Position numbers and translations under genes: made by a program
Assembly: GCA_964390275.1 (NCBI GenBank)
Contig: CAYMHQ010000003.1
Span: forward strand, 1 to 39,360
Direction of reading: 5' to 3'
Origin: an uncultured Coriobacteriaceae bacterium
GTDB taxonomy: Bacteria; Actinomycetota; Coriobacteriia; Coriobacteriales; UMGS124
Length of the DNA stretch: 39,360 bases
Shown: piece by piece, positions 18,154 through 27,604 of the stretch
Position numbering within the stretch: the stretch's first letter is position 1
Layout: each line of letters opens with the position of its first letter
The notes under the pieces: generated by a model
The model's input: only the letters and a program-made list of their open reading frames with translations
Databases searched by the model: none
Told to the model about the DNA's origin: nothing

Positions 18154-21100
18154 TGACCTCTCTCGCGCTCAACAAGCGCTGGGAAGTCGTCCCATACGAC
18201 GCCCAGGCCGCCGAGCTCATCGAGGCGGCCTGCGGCGTCACCCCGCTGGTGGCCCGCATCATGGCGGGCCGCGGCATTTGTACGGTGGACGACGCCCGGC
18301 GCTTCCTGACACCCTCGCTCGACCGCGACTGGGAGGACCCCCTGCTCATCCCGGGGCTCGCCCAGGTGGTCGACCGTCTCGAGGCCGCGCTCAGGGCCGG
18401 CGAGTCCGTCGTGGTCTTCGGCGACTTCGACGTCGACGGCATCAGCGCCACATGCCTGCTCACGAGCGCGCTGAGGGACTTGGGTGGGCGCGTCACACCG
18501 TTCATTCCGCGGCGCTTCGACGAGGGGTACGGCCTTTCGGCCGCCGCCGTCGAGCGCCTCTTCGACTCGGTTCGACCCGACCTCATCGTCACCGTCGACA
18601 CCGGCATCGCCTCGGCGCGCGAGGTCGAGGCACTGCTCGCCGAGGGGGTCGACGTCGCGGTCACCGACCATCACGAGCCGGGCGACCTCGTCCCGCAGGG
18701 CGTCCCCGTGTGCGACCCCAAGCTCGACCCCGCGTGCCCGTCCCGCGAGCTCGCGGGCGTCGGCGTCGCCCTCAAGGTCGTCTGCGTCCTGGGCGCCCGC
18801 ATGGGCCAGCCCGACCTCTGGCGCTCCTACACCGACGTGGCGACGCTCGGCACGGTGAGCGACATGATGCTCCTCACGGGGGAGAACCGCTCCCTCGTCT
18901 CCGACGGCATGTCCCGGATGCGGCGCGTCCAGCGGTGCGGACTCGCCGCCCTCGCCCTGCACGCGCGCCGGCAGCTCGAGACGCTCACGGCCGACGACCT
19001 CGCGTACTCCCTCATCCCGCGCATGAACGCCGCCGGGCGCATGGACGACCCGGCGATCGCGCTCGACCTCCTCATGGCGAAGGAGCCCGCCGAGGCCGAG
19101 CGCCTCGCCGCCCGCCTCGAGGAGATCAACCTCGAGCGCCGCTCGATCGAGGCCCAGCTCGCCGAGGAGGCCATCGCGATGGTCGAGTCCTCCTACGACG
19201 GCGGTCGCGTCATCGTCGTGGGCGGCGAGGGCTGGCACGAGGGCGTCAAGGGCATCGTCGCGAGCCGGCTCGTCGGGCGCTACCACGTGCCCGTGCTCCT
19301 CTTCACCATCAGCGACGGCATCGCGCGCGGCTCGGGCCGCTCCGTGGGCTCCGTCAACCTCTTCCAGGCCGTCGAACAGTGCTCCGACCTGCTCGTCCGC
19401 TTCGGCGGGCACGCCGGCGCCGTGGGCGTCACGCTCGAGGCGGGCAACCTCGACGCGTTCCGCGACCGCATGCAGGAGGTCCTCTCCGCCCTGCCGCAGG
19501 ACGCGTTCGAGGACAGGAGCTACGTCGCCGCGCAGGTGAGCCTCTCCGAGCTCTCCGTCGAGTCCGTCAAGGCCCTCTCGGTCCTGCAGCCGTTCGGCCA
19601 GGGCAACGAGGCCCCCGTGCTCGCCGTTCGCGGCGTCACGATGGGCGACCGCCGCAGGCGCGGCGAGGGGGGCCGGCACTTCTCGTTCATCGCGAGCGAC
19701 GCGACGGGCGTCTCCCAGTGCATCATGTTCAACGCCGACGACGTCGAGACGCTCTCCGAGTATGACGGCGCCGTCGACATCGTCTTCGAGCCTAAGGTCG
19801 AGACCTGGCAGGGCCGCGTGAGCTGCAAGCTCCACGTGAAGGACGTCCTGCGCCGCGACGTGCCCGGCCCCGGCGACGTGTCGCCCGCGGCGGAGTTCGT
19901 CGACGGCCTTTTCGAGCGCGCGGAGGAGTTCCTGAACGAGGGCGAGCTCGCGGGCCTCGCGAACGCGAGCCAGTTCCACACCAAGATCGTCGGCGTCTCG
20001 TTCGAGGGCCGGCAGGCCGTCGCGGCATCGCTCGAGGTGGGGCAGCGCCTGCTCGTCGTGCGCGAGCCCGACAACCCCCACGACCCCAACGCCGTCGCCG
20101 TCCGCACCGAGGACGGGCGTCCCGTCGGCTACCTCAAGCGCCTCATCGCCGCCGCCATCGCCCCCAAGATGGACCGCGGGGCTGAGTACACGGCCACCGT
20201 GCAGTCGCTCACCGGCGGCTCCTCCGCGTCGCCCTCCCTCGGCGTGAACGTTCTCGTGAGTCTTCGCACGGGCGCCGGCTCCATCGACGAGCTCGCCGTG
20301 GTGCGCGAGCGCGCGGCGGAGCGCGAGCGTCTCGGCGCCATGGACACGACGCGCCTCACCGAGGAGCTCCGCCGCCTGCTCATCGGCGACCACGACCTCC
20401 TGCCGGCACAGGCGCGCGCCCTCGACAACCTCGACGCGGGCGTCAACACGCTCTGTGTCATGGCGACGGGCCGCGGCAAGTCGCTCATCTTCCACGTGCA
20501 CGCGGCCCGTTGCGCCCTCATGCGCAAGCGCGCGAGCGTGTTCGTGTACCCCCTGCGCGCGCTCGTCTCCGACCAGGCCTTCCACCTGAGCCAGGTGTTC
20601 GACCAGCTCGGCATGGCCACGCGCGTGCTCACCGGCGAGACGCCGCTCGAGGAGCGCGACACGGTGTTCGAGGGCCTCGCGCGCGGAGACGTCGACATCG
20701 TGCTCACGACGCCCGAGTTCCTCTCGATTCACTCAGCGCGCTTCGCCGAGGGCGGGCGCGTCGGCTTCGTAGTGGTCGACGAGGCCCACCACGCCGGCCA
20801 GGCCCAGGGCGGCTCGCGCCCCGCGTACCTCGAGATGCCCCGCGTGCTCGCCGAGCTCGGCCAGCCCACGGTGCTTGCCGTGACCGCCACCGCGAGCGAC
20901 CGCGTCGCGTCCGAGATACGGCGTCTCCTCGGCATCCCCGACGCCGGCGTTGTGATCGACCCCTCGTGCCGCGAGAACCTCCACATCGTCGACGAGCGTG
21001 GCGGCGCGGGCAGAGATGACCGGCTCGTGAGCCTGCTCGCCTCGGGGGAGAAGACGCTCGTCTACGTCAACTCCCGCGAGCAGACGGTGGCCCTCGCGCG

Positions 21101-21839
21101 CATGCTCCGGCGCCGCGTGTGGGCGTACGGGTCGCGCGTCGCGTTCTACAACGGCGGCCTCTCCCGGCCCGACCGCGCCTCGGTCGAGTCGGCGTTCCGC
21201 AAGGGCGACCTCATGCTCGTCGTCTCGACGAGCGCGTTCGGCGAGGGGGTCAACCTCCCCGACGTGCGCCACGTCGTGCTCTACCACCTGCCGTTCGACG
21301 AGGTGGAGTTCAACCAGATGAGCGGCCGCGCGGGTCGCGACGGCTCTGACTCGTGGATCCATCTCGCCTACGGCCCGGACGACGCGCGCATCAACGAGCG
21401 CATCCTCGCCGCCGACGCCCCGGCCCGCGACGACCTCGTCACGCTCTACCGGGCGCTGCTCCTGCGCAACCGCGCCGCGCGCCTCGAGGGGGCCGACGAC
21501 TTCGGGGTCACGAACGCCGAGCTTGCGGGCGACTGCCGCGCCGTGTCCCTGCCCTGCACGCTCAACGACAAGGGCGTCTCGTGCGGCATCTCGATCTTCC
21601 GCGAGCTGGGCTTCGTCTCTACCTCGGGCTACGGCATCGGCCGGCGCATCTCGGTCTGCCCGTCGCCCGAGCACATGGACCTGACCCGCTCGATCCGCTA
21701 TCTCGAGGGCCTGCGCGCGACCGAGGAGTTCTCGCGCTACAAGGCCTGGGCGCTCGAGGCCTCGGCCCCCGAGGTGCTCGCGCGCATCAACAGGCCCATC
21801 GTCCCCGGCGCGCCCGGGGCCCCGGGCGGTCTGCCGTAG
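18153..21839 (+). CDS. recJ: Fusion protein: RecJ ssDNA exonuclease, HIRAN domain and RecQ-like SF2 helicase
   Basis: One uninterrupted frame.
- RecJ motifs: FGDFDVDGISA, TVDTGI, VTDHHEPG (DHH codons at 18666-18674), GGHAGAVG.
- HIRAN: VGVSFEGRQ...VVREPDNPHDPNAVAV...VGYL (about 19974-20270).
- Helicase: ATGRGKS (about 20460), VVDEAHH (DEAH codons at 20778-20789), VTATAS, QMSGRAGRDG.
The ATG overlaps the secF TGA (TGATG), and an in-frame GTG at 18150 is also possible. Confidence 0.85.
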   Translation: MTSLALNKRWEVVPYDAQAAELIEAACGVTPLVARIMAGRGICTVDDARRFLTPSLDRDWEDPLLIPGLAQVVDRLEAALRAGESVVVFGDFDVDGISATCLLTSALRDLGGRVTPFIPRRFDEGYGLSAAAVERLFDSVRPDLIVTVDTGIASAREVEALLAEGVDVAVTDHHEPGDLVPQGVPVCDPKLDPACPSRELAGVGVALKVVCVLGARMGQPDLWRSYTDVATLGTVSDMMLLTGENRSLVSDGMSRMRRVQRCGLAALALHARRQLETLTADDLAYSLIPRMNAAGRMDDPAIALDLLMAKEPAEAERLAARLEEINLERRSIEAQLAEEAIAMVESSYDGGRVIVVGGEGWHEGVKGIVASRLVGRYHVPVLLFTISDGIARGSGRSVGSVNLFQAVEQCSDLLVRFGGHAGAVGVTLEAGNLDAFRDRMQEVLSALPQDAFEDRSYVAAQVSLSELSVESVKALSVLQPFGQGNEAPVLAVRGVTMGDRRRRGEGGRHFSFIASDATGVSQCIMFNADDVETLSEYDGAVDIVFEPKVETWQGRVSCKLHVKDVLRRDVPGPGDVSPAAEFVDGLFERAEEFLNEGELAGLANASQFHTKIVGVSFEGRQAVAASLEVGQRLLVVREPDNPHDPNAVAVRTEDGRPVGYLKRLIAAAIAPKMDRGAEYTATVQSLTGGSSASPSLGVNVLVSLRTGAGSIDELAVVRERAAERERLGAMDTTRLTEELRRLLIGDHDLLPAQARALDNLDAGVNTLCVMATGRGKSLIFHVHAARCALMRKRASVFVYPLRALVSDQAFHLSQVFDQLGMATRVLTGETPLEERDTVFEGLARGDVDIVLTTPEFLSIHSARFAEGGRVGFVVVDEAHHAGQAQGGSRPAYLEMPRVLAELGQPTVLAVTATASDRVASEIRRLLGIPDAGVVIDPSCRENLHIVDERGGAGRDDRLVSLLASGEKTLVYVNSREQTVALARMLRRRVWAYGSRVAFYNGGLSRPDRASVESAFRKGDLMLVVSTSAFGEGVNLPDVRHVVLYHLPFDEVEFNQMSGRAGRDGSDSWIHLAYGPDDARINERILAADAPARDDLVTLYRALLLRNRAARLEGADDFGVTNAELAGDCRAVSLPCTLNDKGVSCGISIFRELGFVSTSGYGIGRRISVCPSPEHMDLTRSIRYLEGLRATEEFSRYKAWALEASAPEVLARINRPIVPGAPGAPGGLP

Positions 21840-21934
21840 GGTACCGCCTCCCGGTCGGCGCACCCGCACGTTCCGTACGTCCCGCACCGCCCCCTCCGCA
21901 CGTTCCCGTTCTATGTTCGGTAAGGTGAGATATC

Positions 21935-24433
21935 GTGGTCGACAAAGAGAACCCCGCCCCCCGCGATCAGTCGCAGCAGCCCCTGCAGCCCCCGCAGGCT
22001 TCGCAGCCCCAGCCGGCCCTCCAGCAGGCGCCGCGGCAGCCCCAGCCGCCCCTCCAGCAGGCGCCGCAGCAGCCCCAGCAGGCCCAGCCTGCGCCGACGG
22101 CTCCGCAGCCTTCTGTCCCGGCGGTCGTCCCCGAAACCCCGGGCGACGGCTCCGACAACTTCCCCGCGCTCGTCGAGGCGGCCAGGGGCTACCTGTCGCC
22201 CGAGGACGTCGCGCGCATCGAGAAGGCCTACCGCTACGCGTTCGAGCACCATCGGGGCCAGAAGCGCAAGAGCGGCGAGCCCTACATCAACCATCCCGTC
22301 GAGGTCGCCATCATCCTCGCCGTGAACCTGCACTCCGACGCCGACACCCTCTGCGCCGGCCTGCTCCACGACACGGTCGAGGACACCGACGCGACGCTCG
22401 ACGACCTCAGGGAGCTCTTCGGCGACCAGGTGGCCGAGCTCGTCGACGGCGTCACCAAGCTCACGAACATCTCGGTCGACTCCCTCTCCGAGCAGCAGGC
22501 CCTCAACCTGCGCAAGATGTTCCTCGCTATGGCCAAGGACATCCGCGTCATCATCATCAAGCTCGCCGACCGCCTTCACAACATGCGCACCCTCATGGCG
22601 ATCCCCGAGGACCGCCGCATCTTCAAGGCCCACGAGACCATGGAGATCTACGCGCCCCTCGCGAACCGCCTCGGCATCAGCTCGATCAAGTGGGAGCTCG
22701 AGGACCTCTCGTTCTTCTACCTGAACCCCGCCAAGTACCGCCAGATCGCGCGCATGGTGGCCGAGTCGCGCGACGAGCGCGAGCGCTACCTCGAGGAGGT
22801 CATCTCGATCCTGCGCGGCGAGCTCGACCGCGCCGGCATCAAGGGCCTGCGCATCGTGGGTCGTCCCAAGCACCTGTACTCCATCTACATGAAGATGAAG
22901 AACAAGGGCAAGGACTTCAGCGACATCTACGACCTCATCGCGCTGCGCGTCATCACCGAGGACGTCCGCGACTGCTACGGCGTCCTGGGGGCCGTCCACT
23001 CGCTGTGGACCCCCATGCCGGGTCGGTTCAAGGACTACATCGCGATGCCAAAGTACAACATGTACCAGTCGCTCCACACCACGGTCATCGGCCCGGCCGG
23101 CCGCCCGCTCGAGATCCAGATCCGCACCGAGGAGATGCACCAGCACGCCGAGTACGGCATCGCGGCGCACTGGCTCTACAAGCAGGCGGGCAACTCCAAG
23201 GGGAACAAGGAGGACGCGGCGCAGCGGTTCGACAACCAGCTCGCGTGGCTCGGCCGCACGCTCGACTGGACCCAGCAGGACGACCTCTCCGACCCCCAGG
23301 AGTTCCTCGAGGCGCTCAAGATCGACCTGTTCGACAGCGAGGTCTTCGTCTTCACGCCCAAGGGCGAGGTGCAGATCCTGCGCGCCGGCTCCACACCGCT
23401 CGACTTCGCGTACGCGGTCCACACCGAGGTCGGCAACCACTGCATCGGCGCCAAGGTGAACGGGTCGGTCGTGCCGCTCTCCTACGAGCTCCAGATGGGC
23501 GACCGTGTCGAGATCCTCACGCAGAACAACGCCCACCCGAGCCGTGACTGGCTGAACATCGTCAAGACGCCGGGTGCGCGCTCAAAGATCCGCAGCTACT
23601 TCAGCAAGGTGACGAAGGCCGACGACTCGGCGCAGGGGCGCGACATTCTCGCGAAGGAGATGCGCAAGGCCGGCCTCGGCATCTCGACGCCGCGCACCGT
23701 GCGCGCCCTCGGCAAGGTCGCGCTCGACCTCGGCCTCGCCTCGGTTGACGACCTCTTCGTCGCCGTGGGCTCGGGCAAGACCTCCCCGCGCGTCGTCGCC
23801 CAGAAGGTCAAGGCGGTCTTCGACGAGACGCCCGACTCCCAGGCCGAGGCGGAGAAGCGCGCGTTCGCGAGCCTCACGACGCAGGCGACCCCGCCGCGCA
23901 TCTCGCGCTCGGTCCAGAACGCCGTCGAGCGCAAGAAGCGCGCCCTCTCGAACAACGGCGTCATCGTGCAGGGGGCCGACGTCGACATGCTCGTGAGGCT
24001 CGCGCGCTGCTGCAACCCCGTCGTCGGCGACGAGATCGTGGGGTTCGTCACGCGCGGCCGCGGGGTGAGCGTCCACCGGGCCGACTGCCCCAACGTCGCG
24101 AACCTCAGCAAGTCGGAGGGGAGGATGATCGACGTCCGCTGGGACACCGGCCAGGCCTCGCTCTTCCAGGTCGAGATCCTCGTCGAGGCCATCGACCGCA
24201 CGCGCCTGCTCGTGGACATCTCGGCCGCTATCAGCGACTCGGGCGCGAACATCCTCTCGTGCGGCACGCGCACCGACCGCATGGGCATCTCGAACATGCG
24301 CTTTCTCGTGGAGATGAGCGAGATCCAGCGTCTCGACTCCCTGCTCCACTCGATCATCCGTGTGAAGGGGGTCATCGACGCGCGAAGGGCGCTGCCGAGC
24401 GACTTCCAGGAAAGGAAGCACCGTGGCCGTTAA
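21935..24433 (+). CDS. relA: Bifunctional (p)ppGpp synthetase/hydrolase, RelA/SpoT (Rel) family
   Basis: HD hydrolase motif HRGQKRKSGEPYINHP, synthetase region (DLIALRVI, YQSLHTTV), TGS domain and C-terminal ACT domain. GTG start after AAGGTGAGA. The first ~65 aa are a Gln/Pro-rich extension. Confidence 0.9.
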   Translation: MVDKENPAPRDQSQQPLQPPQASQPQPALQQAPRQPQPPLQQAPQQPQQAQPAPTAPQPSVPAVVPETPGDGSDNFPALVEAARGYLSPEDVARIEKAYRYAFEHHRGQKRKSGEPYINHPVEVAIILAVNLHSDADTLCAGLLHDTVEDTDATLDDLRELFGDQVAELVDGVTKLTNISVDSLSEQQALNLRKMFLAMAKDIRVIIIKLADRLHNMRTLMAIPEDRRIFKAHETMEIYAPLANRLGISSIKWELEDLSFFYLNPAKYRQIARMVAESRDERERYLEEVISILRGELDRAGIKGLRIVGRPKHLYSIYMKMKNKGKDFSDIYDLIALRVITEDVRDCYGVLGAVHSLWTPMPGRFKDYIAMPKYNMYQSLHTTVIGPAGRPLEIQIRTEEMHQHAEYGIAAHWLYKQAGNSKGNKEDAAQRFDNQLAWLGRTLDWTQQDDLSDPQEFLEALKIDLFDSEVFVFTPKGEVQILRAGSTPLDFAYAVHTEVGNHCIGAKVNGSVVPLSYELQMGDRVEILTQNNAHPSRDWLNIVKTPGARSKIRSYFSKVTKADDSAQGRDILAKEMRKAGLGISTPRTVRALGKVALDLGLASVDDLFVAVGSGKTSPRVVAQKVKAVFDETPDSQAEAEKRAFASLTTQATPPRISRSVQNAVERKKRALSNNGVIVQGADVDMLVRLARCCNPVVGDEIVGFVTRGRGVSVHRADCPNVANLSKSEGRMIDVRWDTGQASLFQVEILVEAIDRTRLLVDISAAISDSGANILSCGTRTDRMGISNMRFLVEMSEIQRLDSLLHSIIRVKGVIDARRALPSDFQERKHRGR
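22004..22069 (+). repeat. In-frame 33-bp tandem repeat (two copies plus a partial third) inside the relA 5' region
   Basis: 22004-22036 and 22037-22069 differ at 2 of 33 positions. They encode QPQPALQQAPR and QPQPPLQQAPQ. CAGCCCCAGC starts again at 22070. Confidence 0.9.
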
Positions 24434-25103
24434 CGAGCGGGTCTGCGACTGCGTCGAGCGCGTCGTGGTGGGCCCCATTGAGACGAACTGCTACATCCTC
24501 GACGCAGGGGCGGCCGGGGGAGACGCCGGCTGCATCGTCGTCGATCCCGGCTGGGACGCGCCGGCGATCTTCGAGGCGCTACACGGCCGCAGGGTCGCCG
24601 CGGTCCTCGTGACGCATGCCCACTTCGACCACGTGGGGGCGCTCGACACGCTCGTCGCGGCCTCCGAGACGGGTTTCGCAATCTCCTCAGCCGACGCCCC
24701 GCGCCTCGCCGCCTGCATGGAGCAGGGGAGGCAGTGGTTCGGCGCCGACGCTGCAGTCACGGCGCGACCCTCCCGCGAACTCGAGGACGGCGACCTCGTC
24801 TGCGCGGGCGGCTTCCGCCTTCGCGTCGTCTCGTGCCCCGGGCACACGCCGGGCGGTCTTACCTACGTCGACGACGAGCGCGGCTTCGCGCTCACGGGCG
24901 ACACGCTCTTCCGCGGCTCGGCGGGCCGCACCGACCTCGACGGCGGGGACGTCCGCGCGCTTTACGCCTCGCTCGCGAGGCTCGGCGCGCTCCCGCCCGA
25001 GACCCGCGTACTGCCGGGCCACGGAGACTCGTCGACGATCGGCGCCGAGCTCGCGGGCAACCCCCACATGGTGCGCGCCATGCGCGTCGCCCACCGGGGG
25101 TAG
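24423..25103 (+). CDS. MBL-fold metallo-hydrolase (glyoxalase II-like)
   Basis: TNCYIL, the metal motif THAHFDHVG, GHTPGG and LPGHG. The GTG start overlaps the relA 3' end by 11 nt, with GGAAAGGAAG upstream. Confidence 0.8.
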   Translation: MAVNERVCDCVERVVVGPIETNCYILDAGAAGGDAGCIVVDPGWDAPAIFEALHGRRVAAVLVTHAHFDHVGALDTLVAASETGFAISSADAPRLAACMEQGRQWFGADAAVTARPSRELEDGDLVCAGGFRLRVVSCPGHTPGGLTYVDDERGFALTGDTLFRGSAGRTDLDGGDVRALYASLARLGALPPETRVLPGHGDSSTIGAELAGNPHMVRAMRVAHRG

Positions 25104-25314
25104 CGGCGACCCGCCGGCTGCGCTCAACGGTGCTCTCGCGGTGGAGCCCTTCGCGGCGCCCCGCTCCCGACCGCGCCCTTCGCCGTAGGTTTTTGACGTA
25201 CCGCGTTTCGGTCCCTTGTCGGGGACATGAGCCGCGTCGTAGTATGTCCGTGATTTGAAAGCAAGAAATGACAGACACGCAGTCCCAGACTGCCGTCCCT
25301 TGAGGAGGAAGCGG

Positions 25315-26262
25315 ATGCCTAAGATCTCTGTTGATGACGTGCGCGTGCCGTTCGACGTGATGCCCGAGTTCAAGGACCGGTATCGCGACAACTTCATGAA
25401 GGCCACGCGCGGCACCGGCCGCCTGATGCTCTTCGCCTGCGACCAGAAGTTCGAGCACATGAACAAGGACTTCTACGGCGAGGGCATCGACCCGTCCGAC
25501 GCCGATCCCGAGCACCTGTTCCAGATCGGCGACCAGGGCGTCATCGGCGTGCTCGCCGCGCAGCGCGGCCTCATCGCCCAGTACGGCGAGGACTATCCCG
25601 ACATCAACTACCTCGTCAAGATGAACTCCAAGACGAACCTCGTCAAGACCGCCCAGAGCGACCCCTACTCGCCCATGCTCTGCGAGTTCGACTCCGTCCT
25701 CGACCTCGTCGACGCGGGCGCGAACATCGTGGGCGTCGGCTACACCATCTACCTCGGCAGCGAGTTCGAGTCCGACATGGTGGAGGAGGCCGGCCGCCTC
25801 ATCGCCCAGGCCCACGCGAACGGCCTGCTCGTCGTGCTGTGGATCTACCCGCGCGGCAAGGCTGTCACGAACGAGAAGGACCCCGACCTCATCGCCGGCG
25901 CCGCGGGCGTGGCGCTGTGCCTCGGTGCCGACTTCGTGAAGGTGAACCCGCCCAAGGTCGATGGCCAGAACTCCGCCGAGCTGCTCAAGCAGGCCTCCCG
26001 CGCCGCGGGCCGCACCGGCCTCGTCTGCGCCGGCGGCTCGACCGTCGACGCCGAGACGTTCCTCACGCAGCTGTGGGAGCAGATCCACGTGGGCGGCGCC
26101 TCGGGCAACGCCACGGGCCGCAACATCCACCAGCGCTCGCTCGACGAGGCCGTCCGCCTCACCAAGGCAATCAGCTCCATCACGCTCTCCGACTACGACG
26201 TCCAGGAAGCCCTCGACGTGTTCAAGGGCATCGACGACTTCAAGCTGGAGAACATCCGCTAA
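25315..26262 (+). CDS. Class I aldolase, DhnA/FbaB-like (DeoC/LacD superfamily)
   Basis: The layout resembles E. coli FbaB: LVKMNSKTNL, VGYTIYLGSE, ADFVKVN (candidate Schiff-base Lys) and ATGRNIHQ. ATG 25315 follows GAGGAGGAAG. The track's ATG at 25255 has no RBS. Confidence 0.7.
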   Translation: MPKISVDDVRVPFDVMPEFKDRYRDNFMKATRGTGRLMLFACDQKFEHMNKDFYGEGIDPSDADPEHLFQIGDQGVIGVLAAQRGLIAQYGEDYPDINYLVKMNSKTNLVKTAQSDPYSPMLCEFDSVLDLVDAGANIVGVGYTIYLGSEFESDMVEEAGRLIAQAHANGLLVVLWIYPRGKAVTNEKDPDLIAGAAGVALCLGADFVKVNPPKVDGQNSAELLKQASRAAGRTGLVCAGGSTVDAETFLTQLWEQIHVGGASGNATGRNIHQRSLDEAVRLTKAISSITLSDYDVQEALDVFKGIDDFKLENIR

Positions 26263-26336
26263 CGCTGGCACCGCTTCCTCGGAGCCGCCTCGCGGGTACC
26301 TTGCGAGAGCTCCGCGATCGAGACGCGCCCTTCGCG

Positions 26337-26381
26337 CCCCGGCTCCCTCGCCACATGTGGCGGGAGTCGGGGCGTTTTGTT
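26337..26381 (+). terminator. Intrinsic terminator after the aldolase gene
   Basis: The imperfect arm CCCCGGCTCCCTCGCCA pairs with TGGCGGGAGTCGGGG (26358-26372). CGTTTTGTT follows. Confidence 0.6.
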
Positions 26382-26477
26382 AATAGTGTATGACGTCCCT
26401 CGATTATTCATCAATCTGTATATGGCGGGGCTATATTTACCCTGTCATCGATTCGATTGAGATTGAAAGAAGGCACC

Positions 26478-27383
26478 ATGCGCTCTGTCACCACCTCCCG
26501 CCGCGCGTTCGTCGCGTCGTCCCTCTGCCTCTCCCTCGCCGGTATCGCCGCGCTCGCCGGCTGCGGCTCCTCGACCGAGGAGTCCTCGACCGAGCAGGCC
26601 GATGACACCGCCGCGACCGACGCCGAGACCGCCGAGGACGCCGCCGAGACTGAGACCACCGAGTCCGAGACCTCCGAGACCGAGGACGACGGCCTGGGCC
26701 TCGTCGTCGAGGGCAAGCTCACGATCGGCTCCGACTGCGACTACCCGCCGTTCATCTACATGGACGGTGAGGAGCCCCGCGGCTTCGAGTACGACCTGCT
26801 CACCGCCATCTGCGAGAAGATGGGCCTCGAGCTCAACTTCCTCGCGCCCCAGAAGTTCGACACACTCATCGCGGCCGTCGCGGTGGGCGGCAAGATGGAC
26901 CTCGCTGTCTCCTCGATCAACATCACCGACGAGCGCAAGGAGACCGTCGACTTCTGCGATCCGTACTTCGACTCGAACCTCTCGCTCAGCGTCCTCAAGT
27001 CCTCGTCCTACAAGTCCTCGGCCGACCTCGAGGGCAAGCAGGTGGGCGTCCAGTCGGGCACCACGGGCGAGGCGTGGGCCAAGGAGAACATCGCCGACGC
27101 GACCATCGTCCCGTTCGACGACCAGAGCTCGGCGTTCGTCGCCCTGCAGGCCGGCAAGGTCGACGCCGTCTGCATCGACCTGCCCGTCGCTGCCGACATG
27201 ATCAAGACCTCCTACTCCGACTGCACGCTCATCGAGGAGATCGCGACGGGCGAGCAGTACGGCTTCGCCGTCTCCAAGGACAACAATGCGCTGCGCGACG
27301 CCGTGAACGACGCCCTTCAGGCCGTGAACGAAGACGGGACCTACGCCACGCTCTACGACCAGTACTTCTCGGTCGAGGAATAA
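26478..27383 (+). CDS. Polar amino-acid ABC transporter substrate-binding lipoprotein, paralog 1
   Basis: Signal peptide with the Tat-like TSRRAFV and lipobox LAGC (Cys codon 26562-26564). A ~45-aa Thr/Glu/Asp/Ala linker follows, then a family-3 SBP core ([34 protein letters not shown]). Confidence 0.85.
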   Translation: MRSVTTSRRAFVASSLCLSLAGIAALAGCGSSTEESSTEQADDTAATDAETAEDAAETETTESETSETEDDGLGLVVEGKLTIGSDCDYPPFIYMDGEEPRGFEYDLLTAICEKMGLELNFLAPQKFDTLIAAVAVGGKMDLAVSSINITDERKETVDFCDPYFDSNLSLSVLKSSSYKSSADLEGKQVGVQSGTTGEAWAKENIADATIVPFDDQSSAFVALQAGKVDAVCIDLPVAADMIKTSYSDCTLIEEIATGEQYGFAVSKDNNALRDAVNDALQAVNEDGTYATLYDQYFSVEE

Positions 27384-27409
27384 CCGGCTTTAGTCGCTCC
27401 GTCGGATTT

Positions 27410-27446
27410 ATTCACCGCTTGTATGCATTGTGGTGAATCAGGTTTT
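27410..27446 (+). terminator. Weak hairpin plus T-run after paralog 1 (possible partial terminator or operator)
   Basis: ATTCACC (27410-27416) pairs with GGTGAAT (27432-27438) across a 15-nt loop centred on ATGCAT. CAGGTTTT follows. Confidence 0.3.
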
Positions 27447-27471
27447 CAGCCGGCGCGACTCGGGTTACAAT
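27443..27471 (+). promoter_or_regulatory. Candidate sigma-70-type promoter for paralog 2
   Basis: TTTTCA (27443-27448), a 17-nt spacer, then TACAAT (27466-27471). Confidence 0.35.
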
Positions 27472-27604
27472 CTGCGGAGTTCTGTCGGGCAGGCCGGGAG
27501 GTCTGCCCGCGTTCTAAAAGGTCACACATCGCGTCAAGCACGCGAGTCGGGCGCCGGGGTATTGGGGCCCCGCCCCGTTCATCATGAGGAGGATTGAGCT
27601 CGTT

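Noticed and set aside
17904-20732. A 942-aa reverse-strand ORF covering most of the RecJ fusion gene. Similar gene-length antisense ORFs are 7536-9230, 9610-11307, 15432-17060, 20733-21887, 21911-23536, 24892-26271, 30863-32149 and 37603-38877.
   Set aside because: - The translations are Arg/Ala/Gly/Asp/Val low complexity with no recognisable motifs.
- They lack RBS-like sequences.
- Each lies exactly opposite a plus-strand (or, for 37603-38877, minus-strand) gene with clear family motifs.
- Stop-codon-poor shadow frames are expected in DNA this GC-rich.
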